Positions 13,039 to 26,628 of a stretch of DNA of 64,000 nucleotides are shown in pieces (positions within the stretch are counted from its first letter, which is position 1; the number at the start of each line of letters is the position of its first letter). Under the pieces are notes generated by a model. It had not been told where the DNA came from and searched no databases. It worked only from the letters and a program-made list of their open reading frames with translations. The stretch is from Pseudovirgaria hyperparasitica (Eukaryota), in the NCBI GenBank assembly GCA_010093815.1, contig ML996570.1; one strand, 5' to 3'. Position numbers and translations under genes: made by a program.

Positions 13039-14326
13039 TTATTGAGGTTCATCTCCATCTTCGTAGTGTGGATACTTTCGATACCAGTCTTTCGGATCAC
13101 CACCTGGTATGCAGAGTCCTAGTCTCCAAAAGTAGTCTCGGTGTGCGAAGAAAAGCTGCCAGAGCTTGTAACGGGTAGGAACGGACCACCAGTTGGAATG
13201 TGACTCGCCAGGGAGATGTTCCTGGAAGAAGGTTCCGACATCACCAAAGCTTTCGATATCATGGTTGCTAGGAGCAGAATCTGTTGGCGTACGATTGTCG
13301 TTCCCGGCGATGCAGTCATGGTCATCGTCGCCTCTACAGTGCCTTACATCATGAACCTCAGGCGAAAGATCTGGCTTGGAGATGAAGACCTCTCCACCAT
13401 GCATTTGGTAGCCCCATTCCTCTAGCGGTAAGAGCGGGACAGGATCGTCTGCGTGGGTGACTCGGCGCATTTTTGATTCCGTCATGACAGATGAGCTGTT
13501 GCTTGATGGAAGACCAAAGATTGCGTCGATGTAGTGTACAAAGTGCTCATTTCCGATTCGTGGCTCTCCAAACGTGGTCGTAATTGGATCCCAGCCTCTT
13601 GCTTTCAGGTCCAGAGCTGCCAATGTTGCAACAGCACCGCCTAAAGAGTGTCCAACCAGTGTGAGCTGATAGTCCGGGTGAGAATCAAGTGCATCAGCTA
13701 AGTCCTCCAGGATCGCTGTTCGCGTATTAAGCCACGATCGGTTGAATCCCATATGCACTGTACAGTTGTTACATTTGGGTGGTTCTGCGGATGGGACGTC
13801 ATCTTCTGCGTCGAATGATTTTTTCCGAATCTGCTTGAATAACGGTAGGTCCGATGTATCATCATCATCACCACCAGGATATGGAACGTACTCCTGGGGG
13901 ACAGTGGAGAGGTCTGCGATGGTATTTGCAAGGGAGTAGGTGCCGCGGAAGGCTACAATGATGCGCTTAGGTGAAGGAGGATGAGATAACACAACGTATC
14001 CGCATGAGTCTGAGAGAAGAGGTCCTGTGTTCCATGCCTGCGTATGTCAGTGGCTCTACACGAGTCTTGTCTGCTTGACTAACCTTTACTAATTCGAAGT
14101 TCTTGAACTCCGAGCACCGACTTGCGCATTGAAATGGTTTCTGTATCCCTAACCCTGTGATTCCAACACAGTACGAGATGTCCACGATACGCGCCAGCTC
14201 CTCCAGCTCATTAAAGAGAATCGTTGAGACTGTGGTGTTGTCATAATGGAGAAGCGGGATTTGCGCCGGATGCGCGAACGCATATTGGGCGCCAAGGAGG
14301 TAGGTAAGGAAAGAACCTGTTCGCAT
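13039..14326 (-). CDS. Secreted class-3 (fungal triacylglycerol) lipase
   Basis: ATG at 14326 with signal peptide; intron 14038-14083; motifs VAFRGT, VH.GF, GHSLG nucleophile elbow, FGEPRIG, DPVPLLP, HRDYF. Confidence 0.92.
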
Positions 14327-14856
14327 GGCTGCCACCGGGGAGTATCTCTACATGTTCTGGAGGTATACGAGGATTCGGAGTAGAGATAGGTTCTGTTGTG
14401 ATGAGTGCCGTACTGCTGTGCTGCAGAATGATCACGAGTGTGGACCGTGACAGGCGAGTTTAGGCCTTGTGAGGTTGGCGTCGTGCTTGGACTCTTGGCT
14501 CTACGTCACTACGGAAAGCGTTTATGACGGATGGGAGAAGACTGCGCTGCATGGATTGCCGGCTGCGAACTGTTCTACGTACGCTTATTGTTTTTCCATT
14601 CTCTCATCATCACAAGATATCACACGTCTCTCCTCTATCATCACGTCGACTTCTATTTCACTGAGAGTCACGATTATCACTTACAGTGAACGGACCTCAC
14701 CGAGTCACTGGTCCTTCGCATTCCTCCCTGTATTGTACGCGGGATCCATCTCACAGTAAGTTACTCTACAATTTGGAACCGTCCAAGGTCATCTCGAGCG
14801 CCGGTAACCCAATGCTTCACAGAACTTCAGGAGACACCTCTAACTCTTTTACGACC

Positions 14857-15973
14857 ATGTCTTTCACTACCGAGAAGACCGATCACGCCGACCATCTGAC
14901 AGATGACAACGTACCTGTAGCTAACGGCGGTGCTACCAGTCCAAATGGCCATCTGCAACCTCCCCTCCCGAACAGTGCACCATTGCCAGAGAGTGCAGTC
15001 AATCCTGATGTAGCTGGCTCCACTGCCCCATCTGCAGCTTCGACAAGACCGCCATCGGCAATACATGCGCCTACACAAGTTACCTATGATCCCGAATTCA
15101 CGCAGCCACCAACTCTGAACTATTCGCTACGAACAAGGAAGGGATGGATCGCATTCTTTTGGACCTTGGTAGTCTTAGATTGTGTCGCCATGCCAATCGC
15201 TCTATACTTTGGTCTTTGGTATGGCACAGGGCTGTCGCATAATGCCGTCTTCAGTATCAGTACTGGTCTCCTGGGAACTGTATCTATTGTCGAGTATTTC
15301 CTGCGATTCCACAGACTGTGGAAGCAAGGCTCGACGTGCCGAGTCATTGGTGCGAGACGATTTTATCTCGACTGGTTCCATTGGAACCTCTCTTTCGCCT
15401 GGATCGCAGTCATGATCGAGCTGATTGTGGGCACTGTACCTGAAGAGCCGCCCATCCGCCTTTTGGCTATGCCTGTATCAAGTATGCTGTTTGCCTTTGG
15501 CGTCCAGCTTCTAGTAATCGATGCGGCTCGCATCATGGGCTACAAAGCACCTGTTCGGATTTCCTCACTCCCGCGTGGATCCCCTCTTCGACCTGGTATC
15601 TACTCTTTGATCGAAGACATCGTCGCCGTTGATGGGTCAGGGGGTACCGAGTTTAGACAGCGGTTGAATCTGCGCTACCAAGCAAGCAAAGACTTCAGAC
15701 TTATGCTCCACCGCATTACTCTTTTCTGGGCAGCTGGCGCTCTCGGTGCTGCTGTGCTTACCACTGTTCTTATCTTTACGCTGAGCCGAGATGCTGCATA
15801 CGTGGTGTGTATAAATGTTTCGATATGGATTAGTCTCTCACTAACACTTGTAGGTCGGTTGGTGTATTCCCTTCCTGTGGGCTGGAATCTGGGCTGTCAT
15901 TACAACGAAATGGGTCCAAGTCGGTCTCAAACATGAGTACGCCAATTGGTCCGAGACCAAGTGGAAGGCGTAA
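14857..15973 (+). CDS. Conserved fungal multi-pass membrane protein of unknown function
   Basis: Likely ATG at 14857 (ACCATG). Disordered N-terminus, then several TM helices and motif EDIVAVDGSGG. Intron 15805-15853 gives C-terminus ...VGWCIPFLWAG...KWKA*. Confidence 0.8.
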
Positions 15974-16912
15974 AGCAGCAATGGCAATCTTGACTAGGTT
16001 GCCTATCAATACAAGCATAAAGGAGTTCTGGATGGGTAAAGAATCATTGGCACAAATTACATTTTTGCAGCGAAGATACCACTTACCGATTATAAGACGG
16101 TATAACCATCCGCAGAGATCGGACTGTATCACTAGTGTACAATAGGTACCGTAATGATAAGATCACGTTGAGCGGGTGGTCGAGAAGAGCCGACCATGTG
16201 CAGTCAATCTTTCATCTCTTAACTGCTGTCAGCTCAGGTCAGGGTCTTCCCAATGCTAAGTTGTCAACGCAAACCGTTTGGTACGTTGACATATCGCAAG
16301 ATCACCATGAGCAGCAGACAGAATCCACTAGCCCCTTACAACATAATTGGACATCTATATACGATATATTTGCTCAGCAAGTCACCTATTGGTGTGAGGG
16401 AGTCTCCAAAAGCAATTCAGTAGAGTTGTGTGATACGCCTGCATTTCAAGGTCTGGAGCGCCTCCAAGTACCTGGCACTCGTATTCGGGCGCGCCTCAGT
16501 GTACACAATTCAGCATTCATTGGTCGAGCACGCAGTCCCTGCATCCTTAGCATTCTGAGATGACTTGATAATTCTAGTTGTCTGGCGGAGGCTTGAGGCT
16601 GAGCATAATACTAACAATAACTTTGGACATCAGTGGCCACCGGCAACCTGAGCGTACCGACACACCACCTGTGAACTTCCACCCGCAAAGCTCTTTTATC
16701 GGTGAGTATGACGATCTTCTCGCAAATGGGAACTGGCTTCGAAGGCTGTCTTTCGTGCATCATGCTATGTTTCTTACAGCCACAGTCAACAGATCAGAAT
16801 GGGCTGGCCTCGCCTCGACTCTTGGAAGCCTGCAGCACACCATGCGACACTTATAAAAAGGCCCAGACTAAGATCCTATATTGTCTTCGACGCTCGCGTC
16901 CGACACTCGACC

Positions 16913-17776
16913 ATGCCCAAGCTTGTCACAATACTTGTGGCGGTATTTGTGGTAGGATGCTTGCTCACAAACGTGGACGCACAATATGCATTTGTGATAC
17001 CAAACCCTGATCTAGCGGACTTCGACCCGCGAAACGATGTCGAGCAGTACTCTGTCCATAACTTCGAATGGAGCCTCGATCGTAAGTGTCTAGCTCTGTA
17101 CATAGATCCTTCATAAAGCCTTTGACTTCTCGCTCATGAGCGTGAGCAGTGAACAACCAGCGCGACTTGTCTTTGGATGGTGGTGATATCATGGCCAGCG
17201 ATGGCATGGTGTCTCTCTGGGTCGTATCGTTCGACCTCAGTTGGTCACAGATCCTAAACCGTACGTCCAGTATTCATTCTGGTCCTCTCCTCCCTTCCAT
17301 GCTTTCTTTATTTTTCGGCCTGGTACTAACACATCGCAGCCTATTGCAATTCCTCACATGGCGGCTCCTGGGCCTGGGAGGTCAATCTATCTGACGATCT
17401 GCTTGCGTCCTGTGGCTACCAATTTGCATATCACATTCTACCTCCCGTTACTGATTCATCGACGAAATTCACCGAAACGCTCAAGCAAGCACCTTCGCGC
17501 GGCTTCCGAATCTTTAGGAAATCAGATGGCGACGCCGAAACAGCAGCTATAGAGCCTACGCCTACCGTTGCCGCTGGGGGAGGCGGCGAACCAACCTCCG
17601 CAACTCCTACTACTACGGATCCGCAACCGACATCGACGTCTTCAGACAGTGGCAGTGCTAGTGGTGGAGACGGAGGTGGTATGAGCACTGAGGCCAAGAT
17701 TGGCATAGGAGTTGGTGTGCCCTCTGTTGCCATCGCGGCGATAACTTTATGGGTCATGATTCTGCGTCATCGATAA
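16913..17776 (+). CDS. Type I membrane protein (signal peptide, small ectodomain, Ser/Thr/Gly linker, TM helix, very short tail)
   Basis: TATAAAA at about 16852; ATG 16913; introns 17082-17149 and 17261-17339 give one frame ending AKIGIGVGVPSVAIAAITLWVMILRHR*. Confidence 0.7.
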
Positions 17777-17846
17777 TTTCGACCTGCTGCGGACTCATAG
17801 TGGAGAAACTTTGAATAATCAAATACTATAGTAGAGAGCCCAAGTA

Positions 17847-17896
17847 AAGATCAAGCGATTGCGATGCCAAGAAGATCAAGCGATTGCGATGCCAAG
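17847..17896. repeat. Perfect 25-bp tandem duplication
   Basis: AAGATCAAGCGATTGCGATGCCAAG occurs twice in tandem. Confidence 0.95.
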
Positions 17897-18457
17897 CAAG
17901 ATTGGCGTCCAACGACTCTAGCCCAAAGGAGACTTTAAGGAGAGTTTTGATTGAGTCTGGCTTGTGACGTTGCTAAGCACTAGGGCAGATCCATCCAGCG
18001 TGGATAGACGTCATTACGCCAAGTCTTTCTCTGATTCATGCGTACTATTATACAACATTTTTTGTTTCCCGTTCCAACGAAATAATGAATTAGACTGTTG
18101 GACAGGTTCAAGTGTGCATGTCACGCCCTGAGATGTTTTTGGTAACTTAGAGACGGTGATAGACTAACCTTGAAATTATCCGATCGACAACAGCTTCCGC
18201 TCTAATGGCCCGAAAAGATCGCAAGCATCCCGAACTCCTAGTTCGCACACCGGATTCTAATCCGGGGACATAACGGTGCCTATTTATCTTCCCCCATCTC
18301 TTGCACAAGATACTTAAGGAGGACGTAATGCACCACATCGTCATCTTCCACAAACACATCCCACATCACACCTCAAAACTCATTGCCAATTATCACTTAT
18401 CTTCTTACTTTAAGATATCGAATATCAAATATCAAACTGCCCTCGAGTAATAGAACC

Positions 18458-19520
18458 ATGGCTCCAACAATCTACGACGTCCTCATTCTCGGCGGCGGCC
18501 CGGCCGGCCTCTCCGTCGCCCTAGGCCTCTCGCGCCAGCTGCGCACCTGCGTCGTCTTCGACTCGCAAATATACCGCAATGCGCCCACCTCCCACATGCA
18601 CAACTTCCCGACCTGGGACCACCGCGACCCGGAGGATTTCCGCGACGCCACGCGACGCAACATTCTCTCACGGTACAAGACGGCCCGATTCGAGACCCGC
18701 AAGGTAGTCGAGGTGAAGCGTGCTGCCGATGCTGGCGAGGGCAAGTCCGAGGCTCTGTTCAAGGCCAGCGACGACAAGGGCGAGGAGTGGTGGGGCCGCA
18801 AAGTCGTGCTTGCAACAGGCGTGCGCGACGTGTTTCCAGCCGGCATTCAGGGGTACGGCGATGTATGGGGCAAGGCAGTGTAAGTGTAGTATCCTCCTCG
18901 GGTCCCCCGACACTATATTCTCGGACGGTTCTGCTAACGCGTCACCCCTTGTCTGTAGCTTCCACTGCCTGTTTTGCCACGGCTACGAGGAATCCGGGGC
19001 GCCGTCGGCCGGCGTGTTCGCCGATGCGGAGTCGATGTTAGCAAAGCCGCAAGGCGCGCTGCACGGGCTGCGCATGGCTGCCGGACTGGCGGGCCGCGTG
19101 ACGCTGTATACGAACGGACATGCGGCGACGACGGCCGCGATGGAGGAGTTCTTTGGGCCGCGCAATGTTGTGGTCGAGGCGCGGCGGATGGTAGGCATGG
19201 CGTACCACCCCGAGACGCCGGACGAGCGGTTACATGTCACTTTTGAGGATGGCGAGGTGCAGAAGATGGGGTTTATGATGCATGCGCCGAAGACGGAGGT
19301 TGTGGGTCCGTGGGTGGATATGCTAGGGCTGGAGTTGACGGAGATGGGGGTAGTGAAGACGAACGCGCCGTTCTATGAGACGACTGTGAAGGGGGTATTT
19401 GCTGTGGGTGATATAGCGACGCCGATGAAGAGTGTGGGCCAAGCAGTTGCTATGGCTGGGTTTGCGGCCGCAGGGATTGTTGGGCAGTTAGGTGCTGAGT
19501 TTGAGGGGTTGCATGACTAG
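18458..19520 (+). CDS. GliT-like FAD-dependent thioredoxin reductase-fold dithiol oxidoreductase
   Basis: GGGPAG FAD motif, LATG, intron 18880-18958, then FHCLFCHGYEE (CxxC) and GVFAVGD. Confidence 0.88.
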
Positions 19521-19790
19521 ATGATGTACAATGGAGTGGCCATTTTTTCATATCATTAGCGTTCCCAAATACAAATCTGTGCGAACCTTATACCTCTATC
19601 TTGAACAATTTCTTGTGGACGTCGCATGAATTCCAACTGTGTTTTCTTTCCTCACAATCGTCTAACAGATACTTATGACCTCGAAAGCCTATGAACAAAG
19701 GATGACTCGCTAAACTAAGCGCAATGAGAAAGTGAATACTCATATATGTACTATTCGTGGGTATATACACTTCCTCCCCCAACTCGTTAA

Positions 19791-21182
19791 TCACGGCATA
19801 ATGAACTTCTTCGCCCGACTTCCCGACACAGCAAGGGGGTAATCGCCAAATGGATTGCCCTGCTCTTGGAGCGACGGGACGAACGTGCCTCGGTCCTGAT
19901 ATGTATTTACTCCCCACCTGGTCGTTATGAAACCAGGTGAAGGCTTCCGCTCGGGGTCTGGTATGTCTGCATCACGATCGTGCTGAAATGCGGGGTGCTC
20001 TGCGATCGGCGGTGTTGCCATTCGTTTGAGTGAAGAAGAATTTGCAGGAGGTATAGCGATAAGAGGAGATTTTGGAAACTGACAGGAGAGACTCGTAGGC
20101 GAGCTTGTGGAGCGAGAACGAGAGAGCCTCACAATGGGGACTGGGCTGTGGGATGTGCAGCTGAAGGAGCGGGTGTGGGCGTGTACTGGAATTTCGGCTG
20201 GGAGACCGGTCGCCGGTGTGCCTAAGGCCGTGGATGTGTGAGAGAGCGGTTGGGTCTCGTCGTCCTTTGAGTCATTGTTGCCTAGCACCGTGACAAAGCC
20301 GTTGGGAACGTAGTCTGGGACTTCTACCGATCCGGGTACCCTTACAGGGCGGACGAACGAGTTTGACTTTTTGTACAATGAGCCGGTTCTGCCTGATTTT
20401 CGGTGAACTGAGAGTGGCTTTACTACCATCTCGATATCGATAGATCTCGATGACTGTATGGAGCTACTTCGGCGAAGATCGAAAGCTCGATGGTATGAGG
20501 AGTCAATCGAAAGTTCTGACACCTGTGACTGGGACTTGGCCTTTTCAGCGACACTTGAGTATGATCGCATTTGACCAAGCCAAGACTCTGGTTCGTCCCG
20601 TCGCAGCGTAGGGGGAAAGAAGTGAGCTGCGCAGTCGTAGCAGAAGAAAAGTAGATGTGCAGCGCTGGCTACGTAAGTCGAGGACAAAATATCACTAGAA
20701 GTCAAAAACGTACCCAGTTAAAGACAACAATGTCAATGCCACAACCTGAAGGATTTTCTCCTCACCTCCAATTATACCGCCATGCCATTCGGTGACCAGA
20801 CTATAGACAAAGCTAACATATCCTAGTGCGGCCACTTCAATTGCAGCGAAGACGTCGACGGCGTTGCGAGTGCGTTTCGAGATCCACTGTGCGGCTCGGA
20901 CCTCCAAGGATATCAGGCTGAACCCATTCAATATGAGTGACAGACTCAACTACTGCATGTCAGCGTTGAGAATTCTGCGATGGTCATACTACGTACGCCT
21001 CCAATTGGCAGATATTTGTAAAGATCTCGTCCTGGCGCAGTCGAAACAGCAGTATCCTCACGCTTGTTGTACTTGTTCAAGATGATGAGATATAGGATCA
21101 AGGCTCCTATTGAGACGGCCACGGCAACTGCTCTACATAGAACGCCTGTAGATCTTCTGAGACGAGGCAATTTTTCTTCCAT
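19791..21182 (-). CDS. Hypothetical protein: about four N-terminal TM helices plus a Ser/Pro-rich cytoplasmic tail
   Basis: Three ORF pieces joined by two GTACGT-donor introns (about 20950-20996 and about 20664-20712). Confidence 0.65.
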
Positions 21183-23527
21183 GGTGCAGTGTCTATGAGA
21201 TATCTCAGGTTCGGTCTGGCATTAGTAAGTTTAGAAGACACTGTCCGAATGAACGGAACTTGTCCAAGCACACGAGGTAGTGAAATGACAGAGGTTGAAA
21301 GTGCAAGGACATGATTGAGGGACAGTAATATAATATAGATGATACACATCTACATGGACCATACTACGGTAGCTGAAGCCATAGTTACAGTCGACTGGCA
21401 TGGAATACAATTGCATGAAGGACCCCTGACATGACTTTGGAGAAGACACACTGATCCGTGGCTAGGGCCTGGGAGCCTAGGACGAGTTTGTGAGGTGATC
21501 AACGAAGGCCAATATGGAGCCGGAACAGTGAGGACAGCCCGTAACATCCTAGCACACGGTGGGGAGTTAGGCGAGAGAAAAGGAAACGTCAAGCCAGGCT
21601 ACCACATTGTGGTTGGCGTAGTGTGGGAGGTGGTGGTGGTGCATAGGATTGACAGCTGCCTCTTCACGATGCGCCAATCCTGTTTGGGAAGGTTACTCGA
21701 GACTGGAGTTCATGCGCTAACCCTATGCCTCCTCTCGGTCGGAATCAGTGTAGCATCTTTCCGGAAAGTGCAATCACCATAGAATACCACCCACATACAC
21801 ATGATCAGCGTCGGCCAATGATCATACGTTTAGTGTTCCTTTGGGACGTTGTGGTGAACGCACAAATTGCATATATTCTTCCGACAATCTCTCGTCTGAA
21901 GGTTGCACCGTGCGGTGATGAAGCCATCTTTGTTGTTACACGGAGAAAGGCTTGCCATCGTCATTCAGAGAGCGTGTTTGAGATCGTCCATCATTCTTGC
22001 AAAGCTGTGCGGTCGACCATGTACGAATCAGATGTCGTTCCTCCAAGCCTTGCTCTTTACTTTTACCGCCCTTTTTGCTTCGGGTCTCGTACCTATAAGA
22101 TCATTCAAAATTCCCCAAAGGGTAATTTTGCGCCACAGTTGAGACTGTTCCTCGATAAGCTCTCCACTTCCGACCGAGGTGTTAAGCATACTTTGATTAG
22201 TAGTGTAGTCCAAGTAAATGTATGGTGATGCCTATGCCATAATTAGGTACCATTCAAAGGAATGTCTCGTAAGCTTGGACTAATTATCGAGACTACAATG
22301 CTAGATTGTCGTGCATGTAGTCGCCAGGCACCGCCGTCAAAGATGCGATGTCATGGTGGATATGTAGCTCTAAACGTGCGCGCAATCCGGTTGAGCTTCA
22401 TATCTACCAGGTGGGAACTCCATTCATGGATTGCTTAGTTCAAGAAATGTAAATAATGTAGTGACAGACTGAGAAAACCTCATATCAGCGATGGGAGTAA
22501 CATGTTAGGATTGAAGATTGAATATGGTATGTAATGTCCGAAGCGCACCATCAACATGGGGGAAAAGCTGACTGACGCCCGGTATATCGTCATTAGACGG
22601 CTTCTCATAGTGAGACAGGGTCCATTGATCAAGGGCCAAAAGGGTGGAGACTTGGACGGAAAAGACTTGGAACGAATCGAAGTCAGCGCAAATGGTCCTT
22701 ATGCGGACGGAGGCAGTCAAGCCTTTTTTTGTGGGATGGAGCTTATTTGCGCACGTGGTCGCTAGGAATAGTTCATGCATCGCGGCTGGATTGACGACAG
22801 CAACTGCAAGTACGCCGAACCGGCAAATGCTCCCGTTCCTTAGCGGAAGCTTCTAGAAAAAGACAAAGATGATTCTAAGAGATGGTAGTTAGCTAATGGC
22901 GCGGCAGACTGTAATGGAGAGATGTTAGACTTTGGAGGCCAAAGATTTTGTATATTGCACGCGTCGTTAAAGAGGCACAGCACAGCACACAGCACAGGGC
23001 GATTGCGACAATTATGGAGGCTGAGCGAATTAGGTATTGGATGCAGACGGAGAATAGATGACAGCGATCAGCGAAAAGACGTAAGGTGGAGTCACATCAG
23101 CAGAGTGTATTGCGCGTGGGAATGGGGTCAACAAGTCTCGAGGCGAGGGGAGGAGACTGGAGTTGAGGGTTTAGCGGCGGGAGAAAGACATGAGAGCCCC
23201 AGCTAAGGATTAATCCTCACAAAGTGGCCCCGCGACTCCCCGGGACATTGCCAGATGTAGTCCAAGTCCATAGTAAGAAGAGCTGCATGAGATACTACGC
23301 AGTGCAGTCTAAAGCCGCCATAATGCATCTGAAGCCGATAAGGGCTGCGTGAATTTACGAGGCTGTATAAGACTACTGTCGTCACCTTGCCTCCGCTCCC
23401 ATTCCCCTGGAACTCAGCACTCAGGAGACGAAAACGCGAGTGATAGCAGTTGGTAGCACCAGCTGATTTCTGCAGACCTCACGTCAGTTAAACATTAGTT
23501 TCCGACGCCGCCTCCCCCAGCCCCAAC

Positions 23528-25256
23528 ATGTCCGCGTCCATGTCCGCGTCCACATCGACCTCGCGTCCCGCCCTTTCTGCCAGAAATTCAGACTCCCTGT
23601 ACCCCGAAGGACGCCGCAGGTCTAGCCTTCGCATCTTGCCCCCTCCAATCAACACAAACCACTCAAAGGACGATTTCCCCCACAGTCCAAGAAAACAAAG
23701 AACTCCAAAGTCGGCCACCTTCGTTCTTCCTCCTACGCCAGAAGGCAAAGAATATACACCTCATCTGTTATTGAGTCCAGACATGAACGGTCACGCCAAT
23801 GGCAATGGCAAGCTTCTGGCCCGCCGTCCGTCGGCGCCCATGATGCCTCCCATGATGGTCTCTGCTCCTGGAAAGGTCATTGTCTTTGGGGAGCATGCCG
23901 TCGTTCATGGCAAGGTGAGTATTCCGGTTGTATGAAGTCGTTACAATTCTGTCTTCTGACCGCACCTAGAAAGCAATCGCCGCCGCCATCTCTCTCCGTT
24001 CCTATCTACTCGTAACTTTCCTCTCCAAGACTCGCCGCTCCGTCTCCTTACGCTTCCCTGACGTCGGCCTGAGCCATTCATGGAATATAGACGATCTTCC
24101 CTGGGCGGCATTCGCTGCGCCCGGTAAGAAGAAGTACTACTATGACCTAGTGACTTCTCTTGATGAAGAGCTTGTTGAAGCACTGCAACCTCATATCCAA
24201 TCCATCTCCCCCAAAAAACCAGAGCAAATTCGCAAGATACATCAAGCCTCTGCTTCCGCCTTCCTTTACCTCTTCCTCTCACTCGGATCTCAGAAAAGCC
24301 CACCGTGCATCTACACCCTCCGCTCTACAATTCCGATTGGCGCCGGTCTGGGCAGCAGCGCGTCAATTGCTGTGTGTCTCGCAACCGCCTTGTTACTACA
24401 AATTCGCGCACTCAGCGGCCCGCATGAGGATCAACCTTCGGCCGAATCAGAACTACAAATCCAAAGAATCAATCATTGGGCGTTTGTTGCAGAGTGTGCC
24501 ATTCATGGTAATCCTTCTGGCGTGGACAACACTGTGTCATCCGGCGGCAAAGCCGTGTTGTTTCAGCGCACCGATTATGCGGCACCTCCTAGAGTAGAGC
24601 CTCTTCGGTCTTTCCCCGAACTACCTCTTTTGCTCGTCGATACACGCCAATCGCGGAGCACCTCGGCGGAGGTGGCTAAGGTCGCTACGCTCAAAAAGAC
24701 ACATCCGATCATTGCTGACAATATTCTCAATTCCATTCACGATGTCACCGAATCTGCACACAATCTAATTACCAGAGACGACTTTGAGCTGAACGCCGAA
24801 TCTCTACAGCATCTAGGCGAGCTCATTACTATAAACCACGGCCTTCTCGTCTCACTCGGTGTCTCCCACCCTAAACTAGAGCGCATTCGCGCCCTCATCG
24901 ATCATACAGGTATCGGGTGGACTAAGCTCACTGGTGCAGGAGGAGGTGGATGTGCCATCACCATTGTCAAGCCCACAGAAGATGATGAAGTTCCTCGCCC
25001 ACCTGTAGATCTCGAAAATACCCTCATCGACGAGGGTTTCCAAACCTTCCACACTACCCTTGCCGGTGACGGAGTAGGCGTTCTCTGGCCTGCCGTGCTC
25101 CACAACGGTCTTGAGGAAGAAGGTGGCACCGAAATTGATCAAGAGAAATTCCTGAATGCCGAAGGTACTGAGGGTGTTGAGACGCTCGTAGGTGTTTCGG
25201 TCAACCTCGGCAACGTCAACGCAGTCCGCGAGGGCTGGCGATTCTGGAGACCTTAA
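23528..25256 (+). CDS. ERG12: Mevalonate kinase
   Basis: SAPGKVIVFGEHAVVHGK; GHMP motif PIGAGLGSSA; HGNPSGVDN; KLTGAGGGGC; intron 23915-23969. Which ATG is used is uncertain. Confidence 0.95.
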
Positions 25257-26484
25257 ACTGAACACGATGGCCATCTCAGATAACGTGATGTTCTTGCAAG
25301 TGAACAACACTGACCTTGCGAAAGGGTATGTAAATAGTATCTTCAATCTGACTTTACATGGCGCTACTCGGATTAAAAAGAGTAGCCTCGCGGCTGGAGT
25401 TTGTGTGTCGGAAAGCGAGGCAATGGGTTGGGTTTGTTTTATTACCAAGGAGCGAAATGTACACTACACCTCTATCTATTACCGACGGCAGTAGTATCGT
25501 GATTCTAACGTAGCGAAGCTGCTGCTAAGAGTCGTCATAATGCTTATTACATGTATACATTTTATTCATGAAACTTGCGTGCTCGAAACCTAAAACCTCG
25601 CTGTGTGCGTCTCGAGTTCAGCTATTTACGATTCATGCCTCTCTTCTGTCTCTGAACACACTGTTGCCAGAGCCGTCGATAGTATCTCGTTATGCACACC
25701 CCCATTTATATACGCGGAAAACAAGTAGCGGCGTTCCCAAAACAAGATAGCCCCGAAAATATCGCAATGGCAAAGTATTCGACACCTACAGAATATTACA
25801 TGACGTCGCATCTGTCCCATTTCCCGAAAGAACTGGCCATTGCATCTCGGATATTACCGCTTCAAGATACCATACCGTATGCTGCGGTATGTGTCTTTCG
25901 TTGGGGTGGTTTGGCCGTGCGTCATAGGTAATTAGAGGTAGGGCTGTGGTGCGGCTGCTGGATTGGGGAATTCCCGCGTGCTGACACGCGCGGGATGTAT
26001 ATTAAGTCTAAATCATAGCTACATACATGTGTGTATCTTGTATGTGTTATGATATGCAAGGCAAGTTATCCGCGCTAGAATGTGCGCGGGAACAAGTGAC
26101 GTATGTATGCTCGTCTGCCTGTCTGGCTGACTATGCAAATCGTAAATGAACCTCACTCATGCGCGAGGGCGACGATGGTGTGTATATAGTTTATAACCCC
26201 AGCATGTATGGTCTGGTATGACACGGTACGGAATACAACGCGCGTGTATGGGGTAGACCAAACAAAATACGTACGCGGTCGGCCGAGATTTTTTCCCTCT
26301 GTTAGCCCGCGTCATTGGATATCGATGCCGCGAGAAAAAAATTCTTCACCAAACAAAGCGGGCGCGCAATACACACAACCGCATGCCCTTCATATTTATT
26401 TATCCTCTTCTTCCCCATACGCAGGCACACAATCACCACAGCAATCAAAAATCACACGAAAATGAAAGGGATGTATCCGCTCAA

Positions 26485-26628
26485 TCAGCACTCCCACCTC
26501 ACGGCAATCTGAGGCGACAGTTTCCTAGAGCGGCATGCTTGTTCTCCAGAGCCAATAAAGTCTGCGGTATGCAGAATGGCAACCACAATGGTTTTTCCTA
26601 TGGCAGAGCGAGGACGTGGTCGTGGCAT
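26485..26628 (-). CDS. Candidate 47-aa microprotein
   Basis: TATAAAA (26689-26683), CT-rich then A/C-rich leader, GCAATG start, ORF MPRPRPRSAIGKT...VRWEC*. No recognised homology. Confidence 0.3.
   Translation of the reverse strand: MPRPRPRSAIGKTIVVAILHTADFIGSGEQACRSRKLSPQIAVRWEC

Noticed and set aside
21200..23450. Numerous 60-170 aa ORFs and possible sterol-regulatory elements upstream of ERG12
   Set aside because: ORFs lack coding features. Only partial motif matches, which are expected by chance.
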